A stretch of 64,000 nucleotides of DNA from Glaucostegus cemiculus (taxonomy: Eukaryota). Made by a program: the position numbers and the translations under genes. Location: NCBI GenBank assembly GCA_976551045.1, contig CDPCPM010000370.1:2294001-2358000 (forward strand), read 5' to 3'. Under the pieces are notes generated by a model that did not search any database, was not told the DNA's origin, and saw only the letters and a list, made by a program, of their open reading frames with translations. Shown here piece by piece: positions 24,914 to 36,993 of the stretch (positions within the stretch are counted from its first letter, which is position 1; each line of letters starts with the position of its first letter).

Positions 24914-25769
24914 GGCGTCTGCTGTGGACAAAAACGGGATCAGTGGAATGAGTTTAATGAGTTCACACTGCGCTAATGACTCCACAGACTAAACTCATAT
25001 TAATGGCGGTCTTCTCTCATTGGCGGACTCAGAGAATTTACCCTTGCACGGGATGGGTGGGTCTCCCTGAGATGATGTCATCTTGGCAGAAATTAGAGTA
25101 CATTCTTCATTTTGACGCTGTAGCGGTTTCGTCCTCTCCCTCCCCCTCTCTCTCTCCCCTCCCTCCCTCTCTCGTTCTTTCTCAGTCTTTCAAAACCTTT
25201 CCGTTTCTCTTTCCCTCTCTTACTTTTTACAGTTTGGTTCATCATCTGTTTATCTGCCTGAGACCTTTTTTGTGTTCGATATCCCATGGTTCAATCTCCA
25301 AAATCTCATTTCTAACTACTCTTAATCAGGGTTTACAGCAGTATGCATGTTTCCTTACCTCCGAACTTCTGCTTCTCTCTCAGGCTCCCTCTCTCTCACC
25401 GTTTTCAGCAGTGCTTTTTCTGTTCCCTAATTACCTAATCTGTACCTCTCTCTCACGCACATCTCCCTTCTCTTCCCCCTCTCTCTCTGCCTCATCAGCA
25501 CACTCTCACTCAATCACTCACTAACCATCTCTTACCACCTCTGTGCTATTTTCTTGCTATCTGTCTCTCGTTTACCCTCCTCTCTGTCATTTTTCTCGCC
25601 TAGTATCTCCAGGTTGCCAATGTAATGAAGGGTAGGGAGGGAAAATTTTCATGCTAGTCTTTATCACTGTATGTTAAGTTGGAAATGTGAGGAAATCTTA
25701 TTGCAATTCAACGGGGCCTTGCTGCAGCTGTCCGTTTTCTTTTCTTTCATCTGAGAGAAGGTGAAGGAT

Positions 25770-26105
25770 CTTGAAAACCCAGACGACCAGGTTCAACTTC
25801 TTCCCCACTGCTCTCAGATTTTTGTAAACCAATCACCCCCTTGACATCCCGATTCCCGGTGATGTTGTCACTCCTCGGCTTTTAGTTTTATATCTCTCCA
25901 TTTTCCGTTATTCTTACTTCAGCATTTTCTTTTTACACTACTACAGATTTCATTACTATCTTTGCACCAGTCTGCTGTTTTGCACAGGTGGCTGTATCTT
26001 TTTTGTTTATTTATCATCGCGATGTTTACATTGTGAACTTCACAGGAGCAAGCAATATTACTGCACCCTGACAGATATAGCAATCAACTGATCGGAATCT
26101 AAATG
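25770..26105 (+). mobile_element. Degenerate Rex1/Babar-like LINE 3' end
   Basis: ttcttccccactgctctcaga (FFPTA.R-like) followed by a LINE-type 3' UTR. The family assignment is from memory only. Confidence 0.45.
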
Positions 26106-26139
26106 CAGTTTCGCCCACCCGATCTGAGAAAATTTATCC

Positions 26140-27110
26140 CTCAGAAGAAGTGCACCAGAGGATCAGACCAAGAACGGTGAAATTCGTCTCTGATGAGAAA
26201 ATGCGTAGACTGAGGGTGCATTCTTTATAGTTTAGAAGGGTGCGGGGAGTTATCACGGAAATCTTTAGAAGAAATTGTAGACTTGACAGAGTAAATACAG
26301 GATGTGATTGTATCACTTGACTGAGGAGTCTGAGACCGGGGGATATATTAAGAATGAATGGTAGACTATGAAATGTTGAGATGAAGGGGCATTAGCTTGG
26401 TCAGAAGATGCTGAATCATTAGATCTTGCAGGTCTGCAGGTAACTGATCCAAAATTGAGGTTAGTAGATTTCATGCCATCGGATGAACCGAGGGATAGGA
26501 TTATAGTTTGGGAAAATGAGTTGAGGTCGGATGTGAGCCACGGTTTGGATTATTGCTTGCTCGGACATGAATGGCCACGCAGCCGGCTCCAGCTCCAACG
26601 TCGTGTGATCATTTCTCCCTTAAATTTTGCCTGGGATATTGAAATAAATAAAATCGGAGGATCCGGGCAAAACTGAGGGAAGAGTTGCTGAAACATTTCA
26701 AAGTTCACAAATTATGTGCCTTTGGTGAAGTGCTTGTTTAAGAGAAACGAATGGGAAGGTTTATCTGATTTTCCTTGGAGTTAAAAAGGAAATACGGAAA
26801 CGACTCATCTGAGTTTGAAGCATCAAACCTGAGGAGACTTGGCAAGGACAATGCCGAAAAGATGTTTCTCTTTTCGAATTTAGGAGTGGTAAGAACAGGG
26901 GTGGTAACAAAAGTTTCAGAATAATGAGTCCTGGTTAAAATAGGGAATGCAAATGACTAAATTCGGAACTGATAGCTGACGCTTGCAACGCAGAAATGAG
27001 TCTTTGAAAATATTGAATAGATGCATTTTTTTAACTATAGGAGCGTAACTTGTCCTGGCATGGCGCAAAATCGAGATGAGAGCATAACAAACGCTATATT
27101 GTTGATTTCA
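26140..27110 (+). mobile_element. Degenerate CR1 fragments
   Basis: Decayed remnants of the motifs found in the younger CR1 copies. Confidence 0.45.
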
Positions 27111-27337
27111 GAATTAGGTTCCAGTGACCATATTCTGGGATCCTGGACAGATGTCTGGTCGCTTTACACAAACGCCTTCGATAGAATTTCAAGTCCAGTG
27201 AGCGTTAACACTATATATCTGCTTCTCACTTAAACCAAGTATCATAAATTGATCAAGAACGTTGCAATTGATATTGCAGTGAAATACACTGATATATTCA
27301 GAATTCGGCAATTCCTCCGCGTTAACATCATTGAAGG

Positions 27338-27351
27338 CCGCCAGAGGGAGC
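27338..27351 (+). promoter_or_regulatory. Putative intergenic CTCF element
   Basis: (GG)CCGCCAGAGGGAGC. Confidence 0.65.
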
Positions 27352-28950
27352 TCGTGCGTCGTGTTTGCGATTAACACACCGGCATGCGATATCTAATCCA
27401 GATATTACAATGGCATCCAGCCTTTTCAACAGAAGCCATTTCGATTTTATATATATCACGCAGATGTCGATAATGTCGTGCATCTGGAAATATATACCAG
27501 TTGGGAGATAGAAATTTCCAACATGTGGACACAACGGTTTCAGCAGGATCAGAACTGGAATCAGATTAATTAGTGGAAAGTAAAAGGGGAATTGATGAAA
27601 CCATTAACACACTGCTGGCAGTGAACATCTAGAAGTCAGCGGCTGAAGTAGAAATGGTGGCAGACGACAACTAAAAAGATTTGAACACATCAAAATCCGC
27701 AAACGACTCGAACCACGAAATTGGATGTGGATTTAACTTAAAAATCGTAAAGCCAATTTAAAAAAGCTGCTGATGATGCAAAACTGAAGTTGAATTTATG
27801 TTGTAGGAAATGCTTGGAAGATTAGCCAATATCTACGGAAGAATAAACCGTCCATGTTCGACTGTGATGTCCCGAATGGCAATATTGCATGTGGTAAGTG
27901 TCTTCATTGCGACATCTCGATTCAAGGAACTAGAATACCTCTCAGAAACTGTGCAAAATTGTGCCTGGTACGAATCGTCAATGCATACGCAATCTTCTGT
28001 GCGCTGACTATCATCAATGAGGAACCTGAGTTGGTTCAGCACCAGGAAATTTCTCAATTAGGACAATGGATTGATATCAGAAGCAATGCAAACTCAAGTG
28101 GAACTGAAATTATATTGGACTGACAAACTGCAGAGCTGCAGCTTACTATTATCACAGCAGATCAACATACATGAGCGACGACTCAAAATTTCCATTCACC
28201 CAACAAGAAGTTAAAACAGGCTGGAAATGGACAACACCACTATTTGTCGGCCAATGAGCATAACAGTGCAGCAAAACATTGTCAGACAACTGGTAAACGG
28301 TTACTTTAAAATATCACGGTGTTCCTGTCTGTTACAATCCAGACCACCCAGTAGACCCTCGAATATTTTGTCGTTAACCTGAGCATTCTTGGATGAATCA
28401 CTGAGATTTGCATGGGTCTCCTGAAGTATTGAAAGTGAATACTGAGCTTCTGCTGCAGCTTAGCGAATTACAAATGTCAGAGAAGGCTTTTTAGCGCAAC
28501 GTTCTGATGCGGGACTCCGACAGTTCAACTTACCTCGTCCAGTTCCTCGCTATTGCTTCAAATTCTTGCCATAATATGGGTTCCCAGTGTAATTTATTCC
28601 TTGCGTGCCATTTTTGGACACGCATGCATTTATCAAACACGTTCACAAACGTTTGTCAATTTCAAACTTTTATTTAATGAACAGGGTGCGATGAATTATA
28701 TAAGTGCCATCAACTTCGCAGCTGACAAGGTTAAGGCAGAAGCAACACGCGGTTCTCCATCCTCCACTCGATTTGGCTTCTGGGATTCATTCGTTTTATT
28801 CACGTCAATATTGGTGTGTTTAAACCTATCGAAAGTTGCCAATCCTCAATATGCAGCTTTAGTTCAGGAGCGCAAGGTATAACCAGTAGAGAGCTGTCCT
28901 TTATCAGACACTGAGGCCAGCCAGATCCAATTAAGTACCCCCTGTCCTAA

Positions 28951-29035
28951 TACACACACACAGACACACACACACCAGTACCACCACCACCACCACCACA
29001 GACACACCGAACATAATCGCAGGCACACACACACA
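28951..29035. repeat. (CA)n/(CAC)n microsatellite
   Basis: Direct inspection. Confidence 0.85.
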
Positions 29036-30103
29036 TCTCCACAATGCCAGATTGCCACATTAAACCGCTGAGAAGGTAGAATCACATCCATTTCATCCGG
29101 CGCTCTTATGTCACATATCGGAGAACTACCAAACAGTGATTCCACTGGATGCATTGGAAACTAAATGATTGAAGATATGATTGGGCGAACAAACCCTGAT
29201 TGGAAATCTCCTGCTGACTGTGTCGCTCATAAGCCAAATCATTGCAGAAGCCCAATGTGACGCGCCATCGTAACTGGAAGTGAAACGTAATTTTACGTTC
29301 ATCTCTGACAGTTTAAAACTACCACATCACCGCAGATACGCTGGCAGCACCCGTTCGTGGAACGCACATTGTGGCAGCTCCCTTGACTGATGTGATCACT
29401 AGCCTCACAGGGTTTCCTCTTACAGCTGTTACCGAGTTAATAACACATAAAATATATCTGAATCTTTTTTTCGCTGTGTATAGCGAAAAGATCTACTCGT
29501 TTTGTTAAAAAGGAATACGAGTGTGCTCTGTGGTCTTATTCTTGCGTAAGTGTCAAGACTCAGCCTCACAGAGCCCATCAGAGGTGTTTTGTAATATGTG
29601 ATCTGCAGCGATACGATCATAATCAATTTCTATACCACTGCAGTCAGCTCCAACAGAAATCTGCTACCTTCTGTATTCAAAGCATAGGGACCTAATTTAC
29701 TAACTCAATTCGTATTTCATCGAGTGAATATCATATTGGGAGTGCTGTGGCTGTCTGACGTATTATCGCCTGGTGACGTAGACAGCGGCAGAAATAGAGG
29801 CACCCGGCCCCAAAATAATTAGCTTCAATGAGTCAAATTTAACTGGACAACGGATCGTTGGTGGACAGTGGAATAGCCAATGGTGTGCTCTTCAGAATTA
29901 CTACTGCAATATTCTGCTGGTAAGTACACAGAATTGTACATTGAACTTGCAGGGATGGGGGAGAATGTTTGCCAGACACTTGCTGGCAAGATGCAGTACA
30001 TTGGATATACCAAAATGACAGGGAAATAATGAAATTTTCACGGAGCCCAAACGGATTTCGGATCGCGAGCACTTTAGATGTACTTCAGGTTTCTCGCGTA
30101 GCA

Positions 30104-30117
30104 GCGCCCTCTGCAGA
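30104..30117 (-). promoter_or_regulatory. Putative CTCF-binding element 3' of V8 RSS
   Basis: TCTGCAGAGGGCGC(TG), 24 bp from the nonamer. Confidence 0.7.
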
Positions 30118-30141
30118 CTGCTTGCGGGAAACATCCGGAAG

Positions 30142-30179
30142 AGCTTTTGTTCGGGCTCTCCATTTCTTTCCACAGTGTG
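30142..30179 (-). other. RSS of V8 (22-bp spacer)
   Basis: CACACTG, 22 bp spacer, ACAAAAGCT. Confidence 0.82.
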
Positions 30180-30614
30180 GGCTTCATGGCGCAGTAATAT
30201 ACGTCAGAGTCCGAGATCAGTACCCTGGATATAGTTAAAGGAAATATCCGACTTTCCTTTTGTAAAACAGCATCAAACCTGCCCGAAAAATGTGCAGACA
30301 GATCGCCCGACCCAGTGCTGAGTCTTCCCAGTATGTATCTCGGCGATTCCCCGGGATGCTGGATATACCAGAAAAGAGTTTCACCAGCGTATTCTGTGGA
30401 GTAGCTGCAGTTAAGTGTACCGATCTGCCCTTCTTCGACCGTCAGTGCAGGCGGAATCTGGGAGACCGACTCTTGGTCACAGGCTCCTGTAACAAAACAT
30501 ACAACGTAAGAGCAGTCTGGGAGCGCATCTAACTCTAGGGCTTGACACAGACCATTTAAGTCACTCACCTGGCTGCACGAGTGTTATAATCAAGAAGGAG
30601 CAAAACGGGAGCAT
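30180..30614 (-). CDS. TRAV: TCR V segment V8, intact (leader 30614-30569, V exon 30486-30180)
   Basis: Leader MLPFCSFLIITLVQP|G, motifs TLNCSY, FWYIQ and DSDVYYCAMKP in an open frame. Confidence 0.9.
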
Positions 30615-31038
30615 AATTCCTGATTTGGAAAAGGCGCTGGAAGAAATGAGCGTTGTCATTCTGATTTCGTCGTGTGTAATCTGCCAGAAGAAACGCAGAT
30701 GAGGGAAGTCATCACATTCTGAGTGCAACGGACTGATTCCCCAGACCAAGATTGGCTACTTCTTGCCAGGAGGTGCATATTGGGCACCAATCAGATCGTA
30801 TCATTGTTTGGTAACTTCCTTTGCTCATCTCTCTCTCTCTCTTTCTCTTTCATTCACTCTCTGTTTCTGATTCTAATATTTTCTATCTATCTTTCAAACT
30901 ATCTATATTCTTCTGTCGTTCGATTTATCACACTCCAGCACTCTAGATGTTTCTTGCTGGTTGTTTTGGGACTTCTCCCTTTTCTACTCTATCGTATTCT
31001 CTTTTTCTCTCTGTTTATCCGCTTCAGTTGCTCTCTCC

Positions 31039-31225
31039 NNNNNNNNNNNNNNNNNNNNNNNNNNNNNNNNNNNNNNNNNNNNNNNNNNNNNNNNNNNNNN
31101 NNNNNNNNNNNNNNNNNNNNNNNNNNNNNNNNNNNNNNNNNNNNNNNNNNNNNNNNNNNNNNNNNNNNNNNNNNNNNNNNNNNNNNNNNNNNNNNNNNNN
31201 NNNNNNNNNNNNNNNNNNNNNNNNN
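31039..31225. other. Assembly gap
   Basis: Run of N. Confidence 0.99.
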
Positions 31226-33383
31226 TCTCTATTTCTAATCCTCCCTGGGTTGGGCTTTACCAGTCTGAACGACTTTCGGGAGCACGAGAAATTCCTGCCT
31301 CCTTTGACCGCCACACGTAACATTGATCTCTTGGCATGCAATGGATTAAAGTGAAATGATACACCATTGTGCAGCTGAGGCCAATTAAACCTGCTACAAA
31401 CAGGCTAACATCCTGTCCATCATTATAGACTAAATATCTGAATCAAGGGTCATATTTCCAGGCTTTGTGTGGTCGGTTGCCCGGGTCAATATGGATTAGC
31501 TTTTTCAAAGATAAATGGTTTCTGTGCTCCGTCACGGATATAAATTAGAAAAGATAGCCAAGTCTGATGTATCCAGACAGGACGAGGTAGGTAAAGGAGG
31601 CAATAGATACTGTGTTATCGACATTTTCATCATGAAAGCTGCTTGCATTATTGTGGTGAGCTTGGCAGTACATGAGGTTGATCTCTTGGTGAAATAGCTT
31701 CCCATTGCTGCAACAGGTAATCACTCATTGATCTGAATATTAAGAACTGAATTCTATGAGCATATACAGTTCTGACAGTGTCTGTCAGGCTCATTGTTGA
31801 GAATACGTTTCCCTTGATACGGAAAACACAACTGAGGTGACACAGAATCAAATGAGGGATGAAGGGATGACGTTAAAAGTTTGAATTCTCAACTGGGGAG
31901 CTGCAGATATTAAGACAATATATTTTCCGACGGAAATACATCGATATTCAATGGGCCCGAACAATGTGAAGCAAAGGCGAGGACTACATGAACCGAAATA
32001 TGATTGAATGACAGTGAACGCTACCGGTGCAGTGCACCTGGCTGCGGTGAACAAAGCAGCACTGCGTTTATTGGATGAATTTCAGAACAAGGGACTGCAG
32101 ATCCGTTTGGACAAAGTGCTCGTGCCCTCATAATGCCTCACAAGCAAACCAATAAGGAGACAGGCCGAATATGACAGCGCTGCTCTACACTCGTCACACT
32201 GCTCAACGATACACAGTGTCTGCGGCAACCAGTTCATTACGGACCCTCCAGCTGTGTGCAAACAAGTTTGCTGCGCCTACTAATTGATTTATTGTTGGGG
32301 CAGCTCTTTCAAAAGATGAATTCCGAAGTCCAACATTCCGCCGGCTATTCGTATCCCAGAGCGACAACATTCGTCTCAGCATGAAGTTCGTGCATATTTG
32401 AAGCACGTTACGGCTCATAGAATCTTGTCTCATAAAGTCAGATTCAGGAAACCCGCGGCAATTATATGTAGCTGCTCGGCAACAGGAATGTTCTCATCCT
32501 TAAACCAAGCAGTATCAGGGCAGTACTTTCATGATCGTGTTTTATTGCCATCGTCAAATGGACACTTATACTAACATTACACTCAGCACATTTACCCTCC
32601 ACTCGTTTCGATCGTCTTTATCTCAATCTGCCAGTAAATTGTACATTACGAACTATTGGCCAGTTATCCCACAAACACACAAAGCTTTGCGATGCAGGAG
32701 GAACTGAAGCAACTGGCGTAAATTCAGTCGACAGAGTGACAAATACCACACCCAGGAGCGTCTGAGTGCAGGATTGAACCTTTGTCACCCGAGTTGCAAG
32801 GAAATACTTATAGCAACTGTTCCCCAATTAACAAAATGGTCTTATCGAGATATCTGCCAAATTGAGGAAACGGGCACTGCATTTCTCGCCTCACATGCAT
32901 ATTAGCATTTAACACCCAACGCCCCCCCCCCCCAACCAATGCTTGAACAGTTGTTCACTAACGGCCTGTTCTGGACGACAGGATCAGGAAGGGACATCTG
33001 TAAATAACAAAGCTGTCATTTATTTGAAGCTTGTAATGTGCTACAGCTGTGACAGAAGAATCCTGTGTACATCATATGGGATGCTGGGTGTTGCATTGCA
33101 AGAATGATGCAATTGAATAGTTGTCCAGCAACAAAAAGAAACGGTCGTCAGAATGAACCCTGCTGATAATTGCCTAAAATTGTTTCAGATGTTGGTAGGC
33201 GTTGAGCGACAGTGTCAGTGCATATGGGCGCAATCGACGTTGTGGTGCCACTGGGGCAAATTTTTCAGAGGAAGAAGTTTGTAAAGGGTTACTGAAACAT
33301 GTGATTAGCATCCTTATCTTGTCACATTCTGTTCACAATGGTGAGGGCGTCACCTGGTGACCGTTGGTTGTAATTGCTGGTTG

Positions 33384-33422
33384 GGTTTTTGTTCGGATGT
33401 TCAGCTATTCTGTCGCAGTGTG
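33384..33422 (-). other. 23-RSS of V9
   Basis: CACACTG, 23 bp spacer, ACAAAAACC. Confidence 0.92.
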
Positions 33423-33860
33423 GGGTTCATGGCACAGAGATATAGGGCAGAGTCGGATACAAAGGCACCGGAGATGGTTAAAGGAACGGCCTTATTTGTT
33501 TTCTGATAATCAGCCGAAAATCTCTCTGTAAAATGTGGTGATCGGTCTCCAGACCCGCTGCTAAAATTCCTCAAGAGATACTTCGGCTCTTCTCCCGCAT
33601 GCTGGATGTACCAGAAGGCAAAGTTACCGTCGTATGCTGCAGGGTAACTGCAGTTCAATGTTACGGCTTCTTCTTCTTCAACCGTCATCTCAGGCGGATA
33701 CTGAGACATTAAATCATCGCCAACGGTTCCTGCAACGGAGCACAGAATCTATGAGCAGTCTGCAAGTGGATAGAAGCTACAGTACGCATTGGATCATGAT
33801 AAATAAACACTCACCAGGGAGGGCCAGGATTATTATCATCAGTGACCACGGATTCAACAT
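33423..33860 (-). CDS. TRAV: TCR V segment V9, family B, intact (leader 33860-33815, V exon 33729-33423)
   Basis: Leader MLNPWSLMIIILALP|G, motifs LNCSYP, FWYIQ and DSALYLCAMNP. Confidence 0.9.
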
Positions 33861-36528
33861 GCCCTCTAGTTCGAAAGCAAACGGGTCAGAAGGAATGTTG
33901 GCAACCTTGATGCTTCTGATCACATATGCGTGAGGAAATGTAGATCATGGGTCGGAATTTATTTTGTGCAGATTAAGGGGCGTGTCCACAGTGCATGTTA
34001 GGCTAGTCCCTCACACCTGACAATATTTGAGCACATCATTTGTGCGCTGACTTCGTCTTTCTCTCTGTCTTTCTCAAGCTCCCATTTTCTCTCCCTCAAT
34101 CCTTATGATTCTCTCTCTCCCCGCCCTATCTCTCTCTCCCGCTCGCTGTTTCTCTCCTTCTCCATCTCTCTCTTCCTTCTCTCTGTCCTTCTCCCTCTCT
34201 TTCGCTCTCGATCTCTGTCTCACCCCACACCCTCTGTCCCTCTCTTTCTAACTTTCTCCCACACAAACACGAATGATCTCCATGACTGCCTCGAAGTCGG
34301 TATTCTTCTCGGACTCCGGCTATTTAATGATTCTCAAATGAAAATTCATCTCCACCTCTTCCTCGTGACTTACAACAGTGCCTTTGTCTTTCATTTCTTA
34401 TGCATTTTTCTCCCTCTCTAGTTGATTTGAATCGATTTCCTCAAGTAGTATGTACTATTAATTTCGTGCCATTCAATTGATTGAAGCGAAATTGCACCGC
34501 TGATGCCAATTAAACCACCACGAAAATTTGATAGCCATCATTATAGGTTGGAGCTTTGGATCAAAGGGTAGATTCACACCGTTTGTGTGGCACTTCACCC
34601 ATGTCAAAGTAGATTTTTTCTTTGCAAAAATGAGTTTTTCAAGTGATCCAGCAGTTGCAAATGGAACGGGCAGCAAGGTCTCGATACAACTGGATAGAAG
34701 GATATTGGGTTGGGAAGCCATATATATTGAGTGCCTTCATTTTCGTGATTAATCGCGGTTGGGTTTACATTGGGGGAGTTCGGAGGCTTATCGGCTGATT
34801 TCTCGGTGTGATGCATTGCCATGACAGCTGCAGTTAAACGTACAAGTGATTCTGAGCTCATAAATCAGAAGAATGAAAATTGGTCCATTTGAAAATACAA
34901 GTTCCTGACAGTGTCTGTCAGCCAGATGTTGAGAAACCTTTTCCCTCGTTGGGATAAACGAAACCATGGAGTTGGCAGGAAAGGTGTTACTGAATCAAGT
35001 AAGCGACGAAGGGGAATTTCTTCGACACTGTTTCCAATTTCCAACCCGCTGGAGCTGAAGACATTCATACGATATATTCCCCGACTGGACACAGAGGCAG
35101 TGGAAGGAACTCTATGGACCCGCTACAAGTGGAGTTAAAGGGAGGATCATATTAGCCGAAGTCTCATTCACTGAAGGAAAACAATATATGAGCAGAGGCG
35201 GTGTCGTTCGGAATCGAAGGGTCGCTATGTTGATTGGATGAATTGTCGAACAAAGGCGTGTAGATCCGATAGGACGAACAAAGTGCACGTCCCTCATTGG
35301 AAATCAACAGTCGAATGCCTCGTAAATAACTCAATGAGGAGAGAGGCCGGACACGACAAAAGTCCTGTTCATTCATGCACTAATTCTGCGGCCAGCATTC
35401 GCGACGAGCCCGCCAGCTCGGTGCAAACATGTTAGCGGCTCCTAATTACTGTGTGCTCACCACGGCATCGCTTTAACCTGAACAATTGTAATGTCCCAGA
35501 GAACAGTCATTCGTGTCCCTCAGCAGCGGCGTTATTTAATGCTTTCACTTTTTTGTAGTTTTCAGCCGGTTCAGACTTACAGAGGCTTGTTTCAGAGAGT
35601 AAGGTTGACGGAGCCTCCACAGCAATTAATTGCGGTTCTTCAGTCACAGCACCTTTACAATACATAAAACCATCGTTACCAGAACTCTTCAGACGAACAT
35701 GCTTTAGTGTCATAGCCAAAGGCACAGTTAAACAAACCTTACACCAATCCTATTTTTACCCTCGACTCGTTTATATTAATAACCTCAGCTTTGGGTACTC
35801 AACTACACACCACAAGGAACTACCATTGGCCACTTTTCACACAGTTCGTTAGGATCTGGAAGAACTGCATAGAACTACGAGGAAATGTCTGCAGTTGCAT
35901 AGCGAATGTATAAACTGCGGATGCAAATATCACCGGAGGTTAGGAATGGACCCAGGTCATTAAACCTGCGAGAAAACACCTCCACCAACTCTTCTCCAAT
36001 TAACAAAATATTCCTGTTCAGAAAATCTTATGAGAGATAAAGGAAGAACTACATTTTTTCACGTCATCGGATAATTAGGATTTTAATTTCCACCAATTTA
36101 ATCTGCAGTTGCATAACGACTTGTTCCCGGCGATCAGATCAGGAGGTGACCTGGGTAAAAATATCTGGCACACTTTGAAATGCATATCGGTCTGCAGGGA
36201 AGATGGGATAGCCCTTTACTATACGCAAGGGGTGTTTTACGAGAAGCAATATGCAACATAAAACTTATTTTAAAAACGCCAGAAAGAATAACCTTAAAGA
36301 TGATTGTATAACATTGCGGTTCATGTTGTTGGTAGGCGTTGAGGGAAGGAACTATTGAATTAGGGTCATTCGCGTTCTGGATAAAATTGGTTGCATTGCG
36401 GCAGTCATTACTGGAGAAGAAGTGTGCAATGGATTTGCCGGGAGATGCGATCAGCATCTTCCTCTCACTTTCCATTCATACTGGTTAGGGAGCCATCTGG
36501 AGACCGATTGCTCGAACTGCAGGAGCGA

Positions 36529-36567
36529 GGTTTTTGTTCGGATGTGCTGTTTCTCTGCCGCAGTGTG
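36529..36567 (-). other. 23-RSS of V10
   Basis: CACACTG, 23 bp spacer, ACAAAAACC. Confidence 0.92.
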
Positions 36568-36993
36568 GGCGTCATGGCGCAGAGGTACACGGCAGAGTCG
36601 GAAACAAGAACTCCAGAGATGGTTAGAGGAACCGCCCTGTTTGTTTTCTGGTTAAAGGCCGAAAACCTATCTGCAAAATGTGGTGACCCGCTGCTGTAAA
36701 TCCTCAGCAGATATCTTGGCGCTCCTCCATGCGACTGGATATACCAGAAGGCAGTGTCACCATCATATGCTGCAGGATAACTGCAGTTCAGTGTTACAGT
36801 CTGTCCTTCTTCGATCGTCAGCTTAGGCGGATATTGGGACATGGAATCACCGCCATAGACTCCTACAACAAATATGAGAAAATGTGAGAAATCTGGTAAT
36901 GAATCCAATCCACATCCCGCACAGAAGCCATTTGGACAGAGACTCACCGGTGACAGCCAGTATTATTGACAACAATGACCACAGACACAACAT
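36568..36993 (-). CDS. TRAV: TCR V segment V10, family B, intact, short CDR2 region (leader 36993-36948, V exon 36862-36568)
   Basis: Leader MLCLWSLLSIILAVT|G, 295-bp exon, ending DSAVYLCAMTP. Confidence 0.9.

Noticed and set aside
25073-25080. CRE-like TGATGTCA upstream of V7 (TGACGTCT near 9436)
   Set aside because: Plausible as a TCR promoter element, but it is a short match that is not consistently conserved across the V promoters.
27760-27870. Apparent reverse-transcriptase ADD motif
   Set aside because: No supporting frame. It looks more like a decayed Penelope-type terminal repeat (similar traces near 2060-2200 and 18850) and is too degraded to call.
30171-30177. Plus-strand CACAGTG overlapping the V8 heptamer (also at 60113)
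   Set aside because: No nonamer at 12 or 23 bp. It is a by-product of the CACACTG-TG sequence.
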